From: Haliotis cracherodii
Lineage: Eukaryota
Assembly (NCBI RefSeq): GCF_022045235.1
Contig: NW_027266268.1
Span: 6,138,001 to 6,202,000, forward strand
DNA length: 64,000 nucleotides
Direction: 5' to 3'
Part shown: in pieces, positions 9,901-21,400 of the stretch
Layout of the letters: each line of letters opens with the position of its first letter
How positions within the stretch are numbered: the stretch's first letter is position 1
Position numbers and translations under genes: made by a program
Notes under the pieces: generated by a model
Database searches by the model: none
What the model saw: the letters and a program-made list of their open reading frames with translations, nothing else
Told to the model about the DNA's origin: nothing

Positions 9901-12269
9901 TGGGTTTAACGCCGCTTTTAACAGTATTCCCGTTATATCACGGCGTGTCAGCTTAATGTAGGAGGAAAGCTCGAAGTGATGCAGGTCTCTGACGTTTACC
10001 ACTTCGGTGAAACCCACGAGCACGAGTATGGTGCTGACAAACCTAGAAACATAATTGTGGCGAACCGGGATTCGAACCAACAATCATAGGTTTCTGACGT
10101 GCCCAGCGGACGCAACTCTGCACAGCGAATCGCTGGAATACTGCTAAATGCGGCGTTAAGCCCAACTCACTCACTCACTCACTCACTCACTCACTCACTC
10201 ACTACATGTGCACATAGAACTCCGATGACTTCCCGAGTCAAGGGATACGAGAGTTGGAATCTGATTGGTCAGTCGGATGGATGTAAAAGGGACATGACTC
10301 GTAATAGGCGTTTGTGGGCACGAAATTCCAGCCTCTTTCGACAAGGGTAGAAACTTGACTTTTAAAGTTAGTTAAATCCTCTGCCCCGGGAAGATGCACA
10401 AGTATAAATAGCAGAGGGTGTTCACAACTTTTCGAGTCTGGTACAAAACAATTATTTGACTTGAAAACGCCGGGGGGGGGGGGGGGGGGGGGGGAGGGGG
10501 GGGGGGGGGGGGTGTGTGTGTGTGTAAAAGTGGGATTATACGTCGCGTCAAGATTATTTGACTTAGAGACCCACACTCGTGTGTGTGTCTTTCTACCTGT
10601 ACCATATCTGAGCTCACGCAATGCAATAGGTTTGTGTGTAAAAGAAGTTATCATAAGAATTGCAGTTCATTTTGTAACAAACCAAAACAAAACCTAAAAC
10701 TCTATTCAGGTGTTCGACGGGACGTCATGACTAGATTATAGCTAAACGCGTCGTAAAACAATAATCACTCACTCACTCATAATCAAGAGTACACGTCTGT
10801 CAAGCATCTCCTCACTTGATGATGACTCAGCATATTCTGCGACCTACATAACTATCTACTGATAATGCAGTACAGTAAATGCAGTACTAACAAGACCGGT
10901 GGTCCCGCTGACTTGGTTGATGATTCTTACAGTTTCGTATATCGATGCTCATTGTGCTTGATTATTTACAGACCGCCGTCACATTGCCGGAATATTACTG
11001 ATTGCGGCGTTAAACATCAAACAAAACATACCATATATTTCATATATATTTTCAAGATTTCTGTCTCCAGGTATGGCAGTACTTCAAGATGTACGCAGAT
11101 GCCTTCAGTCTGAGCAAACACATCCAATACAACAAAGAGATCCTGTCTGTGAAGAAATCACGTGACTACGAGCAGACCGGAAGATGGGATCTGCAGGTCA
11201 GAGATCACAAGACCGGAAGTGAGGAGACGCAGGTGTTTGATGCGGTGATGGTGTGCACCGGTCATCACGCCAGCAAGAACATGCCGGACTTTACAGGTCA
11301 AGATGACTTCCAGGGGAAGATCCTTCACTCTCAGGACTACAAGGACTGGACCGGGTACACTGGGAAGAGGGTGGTGGTTGTCGGGGTCGGCAACTCAGGC
11401 GGGGACGCAGCTGTGGAGCTGAGCAGGGTGGGGCAGGTGAGAGATGACCTGAAAGGCCTAGCCTCTATTTGGCATTATTTTGTAAGATGGGACTTTGTTC
11501 ATTGCGTGTTATTGTTATCACTGGATTTTTTGGTCCAGATATTTATTCAATATAGTGTTGTCTCCATAATATCAGAAGGTATTGTTAATAAATATTGGAT
11601 CATACAAATGAGTTTCTACAATGCATGAAGACTAGATTCTTGTTTCTCCAGGTGTTTCTTAGCACGAGGCGAGGTACCTGGGTGATCAACAGAATTGCTG
11701 ACAATGGTATCCCTGCCGATTTTCAACTAACAACACGTTTTACCAATAAGATTCGACACTCCTTGTCCCAAAAAACACTGAGTGGTATACTTCAGAAACA
11801 GCTCAATAAACGTTTCGATCACGAGCTGTACTCCTTGAAGCCGAAACACTCGGTGTTCGCCCAACATCCTACAGTAAACGATGACATGCCCAATAGAATC
11901 GCGACTGGCCTTTTGAAGATTAAGGCTGACATTAAGAGGTTTACCAAGACTGGCGTGGAGTTTGTTGACGGGACGGTGGAAGATAACATAGACGTTGTCA
12001 TACTGGCTACAGGTTATGTATTCGGCTTCCCGTTTATTGACAAGTCTGTGATCGATGTTCAGAAGAATAAGGTCAAGATGTTCAAGTATATGTTTCCACC
12101 TGATTTGCCGAAACAGACATTGGTGGTGATTGGTTGTTTTCAACCTCTCGGCGCCATTATGCCTATTGCGGAATTACAGTGTCGCCTAGCAACCAGAGTA
12201 TTCAATGTAAGCAATTTTCTTTTCTTGGTTATTTGTTGGGAACATTAGAGAGAGACACTCACACACAGA

Positions 12270-12350
<81 letters not shown>

Positions 12351-13732
12351 CCTTTTACCTCAAAATGGGAACAGAACTTTGAACATCCGTTGTGTGTGTG
12401 TATTCCATGGTATTCCATATGTCTTGCTCTCTGTCCTCCAGGGCACCTGCAGTCTCCCGTCAAAGTACGAGATGTGGGCAGACATTGGGAAGAAGGAGGC
12501 AGCCATGGCGGCGAGATATGTCGAATCCCAGCGACACACGATCCAGGTTGACTATGTCGACTTCATGGACGAACTGGCGGAACTTGTAGGATGCCGACCA
12601 GCTACAGGTGAAGACTAGGTTATCTCCCCTTAAAACGTTAGAATTTATAACACCCAGTTTTGTTTCTTCGCTGATGAACTCCGAGATCAGCAATATTCAA
12701 GGGCTTTGAGAGCAACTATAAGTGAGGACTTGGTTATACACCCTTTGAACAACACCTTCCTCAATTGTTATATGTAACTGATTGAGTTAGTAAATGAGTA
12801 TGTTTTTTGCGCCGCCTGTTGCAATATTCAAGCAATATAAGGGCAGGGGACACCAGAAATCACTTCACATTTTGTACCCATGTGGATAATCGAACCCATG
12901 CCTTTGGCGTGCCAAGCGGACGCTTTAACCATGACAATACCCCATCGCCCCTAAAATGTAGGTAATATATTGGGGAGTACTGTTATTTCCCCTTAGTACC
13001 ATACCTTGCCTTGGTTGTTGTGGAAAGCTAGTTTGGGACCATCTTCCATTGTGCTGTTCCTGACCTTACCTGACCTCACCTGACCTCACCTGACCTTACC
13101 TGTCCATTTCGCGCTAATCGCCCATCGTTGATTTACGCGGAGATCAGCAATACCCATGCCTTTAAATTATTGAATCTGATCTGCAAACCGGTGATTGACA
13201 TCATGAGCATCAATCCACGCAATTGGGAAACGATGACCTCCAGTCATCCAAGTCACCGAGCCTTCCCATCGGGTACATTTAGTCGCCTTATGAAACATAT
13301 ATTGGAAGTTACAGCTGAATTTGCCTAGTAAGAGAGAATACAATTTTAATGATCCATTCCATAACCCTGTGTAGAGACACAAAACGTAAGTTCCTGGTCC
13401 GCTTTTTAATCTGACCACTATGAAATAATGTTGCCTCTCTTAATTCTGTTCAAGGTCATCTTCTGTTGACCGATCCGAAACTTGGACTCAAGTGCTACTT
13501 CGGACCAACCACCCCCTACCAATACCGCCTGAGGGGGCCGGGCACGTGGTCGGGGGCCCGGGAGGCTATCATGACCCAGACAGATAGAATGGAGTACCCC
13601 TTTAATACCAGACCCCTCCCTGAAGGTACAGAGACACAGTCGTCCCACAGACTCCTCACACTGGTGTTGCTGGTGCTGGTCATTGCCGTCCTTTACAAAC
13701 TGTTTTTTAAAAGCGATGTGACGAGTTTGTAG
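6961..13732 (+). CDS. FMO5: Flavin-containing monooxygenase (FMO5-like), copy A; join(6961..7218,11071..11436,11652..12206,12442..12607,13455..13732), 540 aa
   Basis: FAD GAGCSG; FMO fingerprint [11 protein letters not shown]; NADPH GVGNSG; ATGY motif; C-terminal TM helix. All four introns GT-AG and the joined frame is open. The symbol denotes family-level similarity, not proven orthology. Confidence 0.95.
7346..7506 (+). mobile_element. tRNA-derived SINE family 1 (~165 bp, (ACTC)n tail)
   Basis: A box TAGCCTTGTGAT, B box GGTTCGATTCC; 12-bp TSD TCAATCTATGGA at 7334 and 7507. Confidence 0.85.
8044..8322 (+). mobile_element. tRNA-derived SINE family 2 (~280 bp, widely spaced A/B boxes)
   Basis: CCCAGTCGTCTAAGGCG head, GGTTCGAATCC B box, (ACTC)n tail. 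Confidence 0.8.
8758..9588. repeat. GC-rich ~19-23-bp tandem repeat (CCCTGGCGGAGGGACTGAC variants) in FMO-A intron 1
   Basis: Direct inspection. Confidence 0.9.
10822..10836 (+). promoter_or_regulatory. Candidate antioxidant response element (ATGACTCAGCATATT)
   Basis: Matches RTGACnnnGCA with an AT-rich flank; homologues at 8350 (A) and 17662 (B). Confidence 0.45.
12276..12347. repeat. (GA)n microsatellite
   Basis: Direct inspection. Confidence 0.95.
13061..13100. repeat. (TGACCTYACC)x4 array = AGGTCA DR4 half-sites on the minus strand
   Basis: TGACCT at 13061, 13071, 13081 and 13091. Confidence 0.85.
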
Positions 13733-14904
13733 AGTGCTGTTTACTCGCTGTTGTATCATCTTTTATTCAAATATTTACACTTATGAAATTCAGGATCAGG
13801 GAAATCAATACTACCGTTGCCTTTACCCTTGACATGGCCAGTGTCAAATCTTATTTCACCAGGGAAAAGGTCAGAGAAAGGGATCCCTGAACCAACTGGA
13901 ATTACAGCTGAAATCTTAATCGGTTATAACATGTCTACGCCTCGACTGTGTTTTGTAATTAAAAAATGATGCCGAAATATGTTTTCATATGCGGAATAAT
14001 ATTCATGAACTGCTTCCGGAATCAACCACTTCGAGCGACTACTCAGACTAAAACCTTGTTATGGTTGATACATAATTATACTATGATTTTGCATAATGAC
14101 CTACAATTGCGTCAGTTTTACTTGTTAAAATGCACGTTCACAATAGCCAGTCAATTCCTGGCTCAGGGTCAATAGCAACAACATGGCGTTATCATTATGT
14201 TTAATCAGTAACTCTAGTATAAAGTTGTTTTGTGTTGGGAGGTAATAGAAGGTATGTGCTGTATGTACTGTGATTAAAATGTCTATGTTACGTTGGGACA
14301 ATACCACAATTTTTATGTCTTAACAGTTGCTTGCAGATATTTCATGTTATATTTTATACGAAAATCTAAAATGGAAATGTACACCAAACAAAACTTTGAT
14401 ATATGTTTCAATTTGTATTTGCTCAGATTTAACCACTTCAATATCAACACGTTCTAGGCATCAGCTAGACACAAGCGTGAGTGAGTGTGTGGGTTTAAAC
14501 CCGCTATGAACTGTATTATATCACGGAATGTCAACATCAAGTCCAAGTCATGTAGGTCATACGTGTACCACTTTGGTGAAACCAAAGAGCACGGGTATGG
14601 TGCTGACATGCTAGAAACATAGGTCTAATTCTGGGATTCGAACCCAAGATCATGTCTTTAAGGCACAGCTTTGCACAACAAATCGCGTCGGTCAGACAAC
14701 TGGGCCTCGCGTGCGCCTGGTTACATAACAGTGCGTGGTTACATAACTGGTGGTGTGATCCAATGTCTGTCAATATGTTTAGACTGTCGTTTAGAACTGA
14801 TTTGCAATACCCTCTTTCTATTAAGATGGGGTCAACTGTGTAGTAGGACTGACAAGTTACTATCAGTGTTGTTTATTCCCCTGTTAGACGTACTCACGCT
14901 GTTT

Positions 14905-15065
14905 GGGCGGTGGTGTAGCCTTGCGGTAAAAGCGTTCGCGCGTCATGCCTAAGACCCGGGTTCGATACCCCACATGGGAACAATGTGTGAAGCCCATTTA
15001 TTGCGTCCCCCGCCGTCATATTGCTGGTATATTGTTAAAAGCGTCGTAAAACCATACTTACTCAC
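14905..15065 (+). mobile_element. SINE family 1
   Basis: A/B boxes; TSD TACTCACGCTGT at 14891 and 15066. Confidence 0.85.
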
Positions 15066-15284
15066 TACTCACGCTGTGTGAGTCTGTTTATTGCGTATTT
15101 AAATCCTTAATTCTTTAGCTTGGTTGCTTTTGCATGAAGTAAATGTTCAGTAGGTTGATCTTTGTGAATGCGCCTTAATGCAATCGCTTTGTCTATTTAT
15201 CTTAGTTTATTAGTTAAAACATTTTGACAATTACGAGTCGGTACGATAAATACAGTATTTCATCACTGAAGTACATGACAAAAG

Positions 15285-15545
15285 ACCGGTGAAGATCCGG
15301 GATAGAATAGGTCTTCATCAACCCATGCTGGTCGTAAGACGCGACTTTGCTTGTGGTAAGAGGCAACTAACGGGATAGGGTGGTCAGGCTCGCTGACTTT
15401 GTTGGTGCATTTCACCGTATACCATTTGCATGGATCGATGCGCATGCTATCAATCACTGCATCGACTGATCCAGACTCGATTATTTACAGACCGCTGTCA
15501 TATAGCTGGAGTCCTGCGTTAAACAACAAACAAACAAAACGCAAA
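15285..15545 (+). mobile_element. SINE-like family 3
   Basis: Sequence match to the family. Confidence 0.8.
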
Positions 15546-15905
15546 CAAAACATAAAATGTCACCCTAAGACGCAGAAGAAATATTCAAAGTTCGCGCTGT
15601 CCAGTGGTCATAGTTAGAACGAGGTTTATATTAACTACGTATCCGCAATGTCCTCAATACGTTAAATACAAGACGCAATATGTATCAACACACAGACAGC
15701 TTCAGTGATGAAAATCGGACGTGCACTCTACCGCCAAACTAAGTTGTCATCTCAACAAAGCCCTCAGAGTTATCTGTCCTTGTGTGCTAGATCGCACAGA
15801 GGAAACAGGTCATCGATGTCGGTTAAGCTCAACCACTGTTGACAGTGGGTCAGGTGGAATTCCAAGCTGCTTGTCGCACCAGCCATACCCTTTGAACGAT
15901 TCAAA

Positions 15906-18442
15906 ATGGCGAAGCGGGTGGCGATCATCGGGGCTGGGTGTAGCGGTCTCACTGCCATCAAATGTTGTGTTGACGAAAAGCTGGAGCCGTTTTGTTTTGA
16001 GCGAACTGACGAGCTCGGGGGATTATGGAACTTTACGGAAAAAGTCCGCGAGGATCAGGGGTGCGTGATGAAGTCGACTGTCATCAACACCAGCAAGGAG
16101 ATGATGTGTTACAGCGACTTTCCTATACCTAAAGAGTTCCCCAATTTCATGCACAACACGCAGGTAACCGTAGTTCATGTGGTCAATTAAGTGTTTGTTC
16201 ACATCGATTGGGGCCCTATAAGGGTTGCATATTTTATTTAAAATGTATTCATGGTAAAATCATCTCTACGACAGGTGACACTGATATTAATGTGAGGAAA
16301 ACAAAATTAATAAGATAACGAAAGCGCCAATCATCTGTTGGCTTCCTTTGTTAGCTTGTACCCTTTGTTATTTTCCACCTTTTATTATCTTATTAATTTT
16401 GTTGTCTTTACATGTACATATATAGACTCTTTGCCTCATGTCATTCATTCATCTGATGAAGGAGTAAGCATATACTCCGAAAACGTTGTGTTCCTCATAA
16501 TAAAGAAGTGAAGTTGACATCCATATATTCTCTTCCTTGTGTGCTTTACTGTTACCTTTTTATACAAACATGGCTTAGAAGTCAACAAAACAAAATGATG
16601 ATAATCATTGCGGTATCTGTAGGAATTTTGTTAGAAATAAAAATTTAAAACATTTTTTTTGTGTGTATGGGGTTTTTTTGCAGTGTGGATTGGGGCATAT
16701 TTTCTATAACAATTTTGATATGTATTAAAAGCAATACAGGCCACCCGAGGTATAGCAAAGGATGGTTCCATATGTATATGTTCACTGCAGCATCAACCAA
16801 CATTTTTGATTCCCTGTCAGAGCTCCTTTCCCTAAAAGCATACCAGAAACGTATGGTCGAGGGTTCGAGCCTGGTTCATATTGTTTGAGCACAATGCCCG
16901 TCCTTTCACCAAAACGGTGAACAGTTAAGACTTGCATCGCTTTCGGCTTTCCTCCCACACCAACCTGACACACCCTGATATCTCTAAAATACTGTTTAAT
17001 CGGAGATAATCACGATTCGCTCACTAACTCGCTACACTTTTCCTCTGTCACGTCTAGGGGCACGGGTGGCCCAGTCGTCTAAGGCGCCGCGATTAGCTTG
17101 GTTCGATGATTGTGGGTTCGAATCCCGGTTCGCCCGAATTATGTTTCTAGGTTTGTCAGCACCATACCCGTGCTCGTGGGTTTCCCCAAAGTAGTAAACG
17201 TCTGAGACCTGTATCACTTCGGGCTTTCTTCCCACGTTAAGCTGATACGCCGCGATATAACGGGAATACTGTTAAAACCCAACTCACTCACTCGCTGCCA
17301 CGTCTTCTGATTAGGCGGGAAATGGGATCAGTAAGGATTAGGATAAGGGCGGAGAGGGAGATTCGGGGGCGCATGATATGTTGTAGTTCTCTTCTGTTCA
17401 TACTTACAGTAAAAGATATTTACATACATTAAGCAGATGTATGATGTAATCTCTCAGCAGTATGTGAGACACACAAATTCACTAAAACGTTATACTGCAT
17501 GTAAATGACCATACTGCACCTACCGTAGCTCTCTCTTTTCCAAACTTCTATATGCTATCTAGTGACCATCATGATCAAGATGGTGTATCCCGCCGTGATA
17601 TTGTTGGCATATTGCTGAACGTAAAACAATGCCTCACTCACTATAAGCATTATCTAACTTTATGACACAGCATTTTTTGCGACCCCAATAACGAGCTACT
17701 GATAACGCACTTTAGGACATGCGAACGAGTACGAGGCGACTAACGGGATCGAGTGGTAAGGCTCGCTGTCTTGGTTGATGCATGTCATTGTATCCCAGTT
17801 GCGAAGATCGATGCTCATGATGTCAATCACTAACATTGTTTGCTCTGATATATATGACACCAGTCCATTTGAATAAATTTTATAGAATAAAATGGGTTTT
17901 TCTCTACCAACCTTCCCAGTATTTCTAAGTGTTGAAGGTCGGGGTTCGATCCCCGGCCTCGTTATACCGAAACACGTTAAAAGATGGCACTTGTTGCTGC
18001 CCATCGCTCGTAGATAAAACAAGGACTGGTGGGCTCAGAGTCAGATTAACTGCCTGAGATGGGTATCATGTTAATGTGCGGCATGGTATCTCAGTGGACA
18101 CGCACTATAAAACCAACGTTTTTACATGTCCGGACCAGTACAAGCAGCCACACACATGTGTGTCTCTCTATTAGAGAAATAATCTTGAACGCGACGAAAT
18201 CCCTCTGTCAAGAAACGTCTTTTTCAAATCAATTGTTTTGTGCCAGAATCCACCATTTGTGCACATTCCCTGCCATTCATACTTGTATGTCATATACAGG
18301 TGAGGTGAAATGGGGTTTAACGTCGCGTCCAAGATTATTGCACGTGTGTGTGTGGCTGCTTGTACTAGTCCGGACTGATGCCTATTTATAGTGCTAGCTC
18401 ACTGAGATAGCATGCCGCAGTTTAACATGAATACCCTACTCA

Positions 18443-18483
<41 letters not shown>

Positions 18484-21400
18484 GCACGCACGCACGCACG
18501 CACGCGCGTGCGCACGACTCTACATATGCGCAATTTTTTTGAACGCTACGTTAAGCCCCACTTGAATCAAGTGGCAAAGTCAGATATAATACAGTGTAAT
18601 AGGTTTGTGTATAAGAGAAAAGTTATCTGGGAATTGTAGTTCAGTTTGCTACAAACTAAAACAAAACCTACAAAAAAAACGATTCAGGTGACCTCATGAC
18701 TCTATTGTAAACTTTTCTGACTCCAGGTTTGGCAGTACTTCAAGATGTACGCAGATGCCTTCAACCTGATCAAACACATCCAATACAACAAAGAGATCCT
18801 GTCCGTGAAGAAGTCACGTGACTACGAGCAGACCGGAAGATGGGATCTGCAGGTCAGAGATCACAAGACCGGAAGTGAGGAGACGCAGGTGTTTGATGCG
18901 GTGATGGTGTGCACCGGTCATCACGCCAGTAAGAACATGCCGGACTTTACAGGTCAAGATGACTTCCAGGGGAAGATCCTTCACTCTCAGGACTACAAGG
19001 ACTGGACCGGGTACACTGGGAAGAGGGTGATGGTTGTCGGGGTCGGCAACTCAGGCGGGGACGCAGCTGTGGAGCTGAGCAGGGTGGGGCAGGTGAGAGA
19101 TGACTTGAAAGGTCTAGCCTCTATTTGGCATTATTTTGTAAGATGGGACTTTGTTCATTGCGTGTCATTGTTATCACTGGATTTTTTGGTCCAGATATTT
19201 ATTCAATATAGTGTTGTCTCCAAAATATCAGAAGGTATTGTTAATAAATATTGAATCATACAAATGAGTTTCTACAATGCATGAAGACCAGATTCTTGTT
19301 TCCCCAGGTTTTTCTTAGCACGAGGCGCGGTACCTGGGTGTTCAACAGAATTGCTGACAATGGTATCCCTGCCGATTTCCAAATAGCATCACGTTTTTTA
19401 AGAAAGATTCTACACACCTTGCCCCAAGAAACACTGAGTGGTATACTTCAAAAACAACTAAATAAACGTTTCGACCACGAGCTGTACTCCTTGAAGCCGA
19501 AACACTCGGTGTTCGCCCAACATCCTACAGTAAACGATGACATGCCCAATAGAATCGCGACTGGCCTTTTGAAGATTAAGGCTGACATTAAGAGGTTTAC
19601 CAAGACTGGCGTGGAGTTTGTTGACGGGACGGTGGAAGATAATATAGACGTTGTCATACTGGCCACAGGGTATGTATTCGGCTTCCCGTTTATTGACAAG
19701 TCTGTGATCGATGTTCAGAAGAATAAGGTCAAGATGTTCAAGTATATGTTTCCACCTGATTTGCCGAAACAGACCTTGGTGGTGATTGGTTGTTTTCAAC
19801 CCATCGGCGCCATTATGCCTATTGTGGAATTGCAGTGTCGCCTAGCAACCAGAGTATTCAAAGTAAGAAAAAAATGTATTATTGGAAAAATGTTTATATG
19901 GGAAAATGCGTCACTCATAAATTATCTGGACAAACCTGATTTTTGTTCCGCATTGTAGTGTTTCATTGTTTAGAAAACTAAGACATTTGTAACATATGTT
20001 TGTACCTCAAAATGTATATCCGGGTTTCTTTATGATTGCGTATTCCATGATTGCGTATTCCATGGTATTCCATATGTCCTGTTCTCTGTCCACCAGGGCA
20101 CGTGCAGTCTCCCGTCAAAGTACGAGATGTGGGCGGACATTGGGAAGAAGGAGGCAGCCATGGCGGCGAAATATGTCGAGTCCCAGCGACACACAATCCA
20201 GGTGGACTACATCGACTTCATGGACGAACTGGCGGAACTTGTAGGATGTCGACCAGCTATAGGTGAGGACTGGGTTATCTCCCTTTAGAACCACAATTCA
20301 GTTGTTATATATGTAGCTGAGTAAGTATGGTATTTTTACGCCGCATTTAGCAATACTCCAGCAATATCTCGGCAGGGGGCACAAGAAAATTTGCTTCATA
20401 CATTGTACCTTTGTAAGGAATCAAACCCAAGTCGCCCCCCTCCATTATCTTATAAATAGGTTAGTGATGTTGTTTCTTCTTAGTACCACACCTTACCTGG
20501 GATGTAGGGTGAAGTAAGTAGGCGAGTTCAGGAGTAAAGCGCTCGGATCAAAATTAAAATAAAGAGGTATCTACTCTACAGTGGGACTACATACAATTTC
20601 AAAACACAGTAGGTTTATCTCCTAATTCTACGGTGAAATTGTTGAATGCTTGATTCTGATTGGTCAAAAAGAGGTTTCCTTTTTGCTACGGACACCGCCT
20701 TTAAATATATTAAGCCTTTTTACAAAAGACGTGCGTATGAATACATAGATAGCCTACATATCGATTCATAAAAAAACACCCCAATATGAACTGTAAAACT
20801 ATCTATATTTCCTCTAATACACGCTGGGTCTCTAATACCAGACAGGTATCTAATACACGCTGAGTCAAGGGCTCTCGCGAAATTAATAGACGGCATAGCG
20901 TCAAATAGAGGAAATACGGTGCTCGTGGTTTAATATCGGATGTTTTGGGCGCTCTATCCCGCAACCCTGAGTGTTTCGATGATGACGTTAAAATATTTAC
21001 GAAGGCATGTCTTTTGCATACAAAAGAAATGTTTATGAAACTATTAGGAAAATGTTCTATGGTGACCAGAATCGGAGCAATTTAAGCAATTTCCTCATTG
21101 AAACAACAATTAAATTAAAATAGAACATTATAAAAAATTGTTTGAAAAAACGTTATTCATAGCAACATGTTGTTCACAAACCTTCATGGGATTGAGTGAG
21201 TGAGTGAGTATGGTTTTACGCCGCTTTTAGCAATATTCCAGCAATATCACGGCGGGGGACACCAGAAATGGGCTTCACACATTGTACCCATGTCGGGAAT
21301 CGAACCCGGGTCTTCGGCGTGACAATCGAACGCTTTAACCACTAGGCTACCCGACCGCCCCTCATGGGATTGATATTCGTTGCCACCTCCGTCATGTTCT

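Noticed and set aside
10472-10512. Poly-G tract (also ~32190-32217) as a functional G-quadruplex
   Set aside because: Not conserved among paralogues, and long G runs are error-prone in assemblies.
13718-13732. C-terminal VTSL as a PDZ-binding or PTS1 signal
   Set aside because: It follows a tail-anchor and would face the lumen; TSL is not a canonical PTS1.
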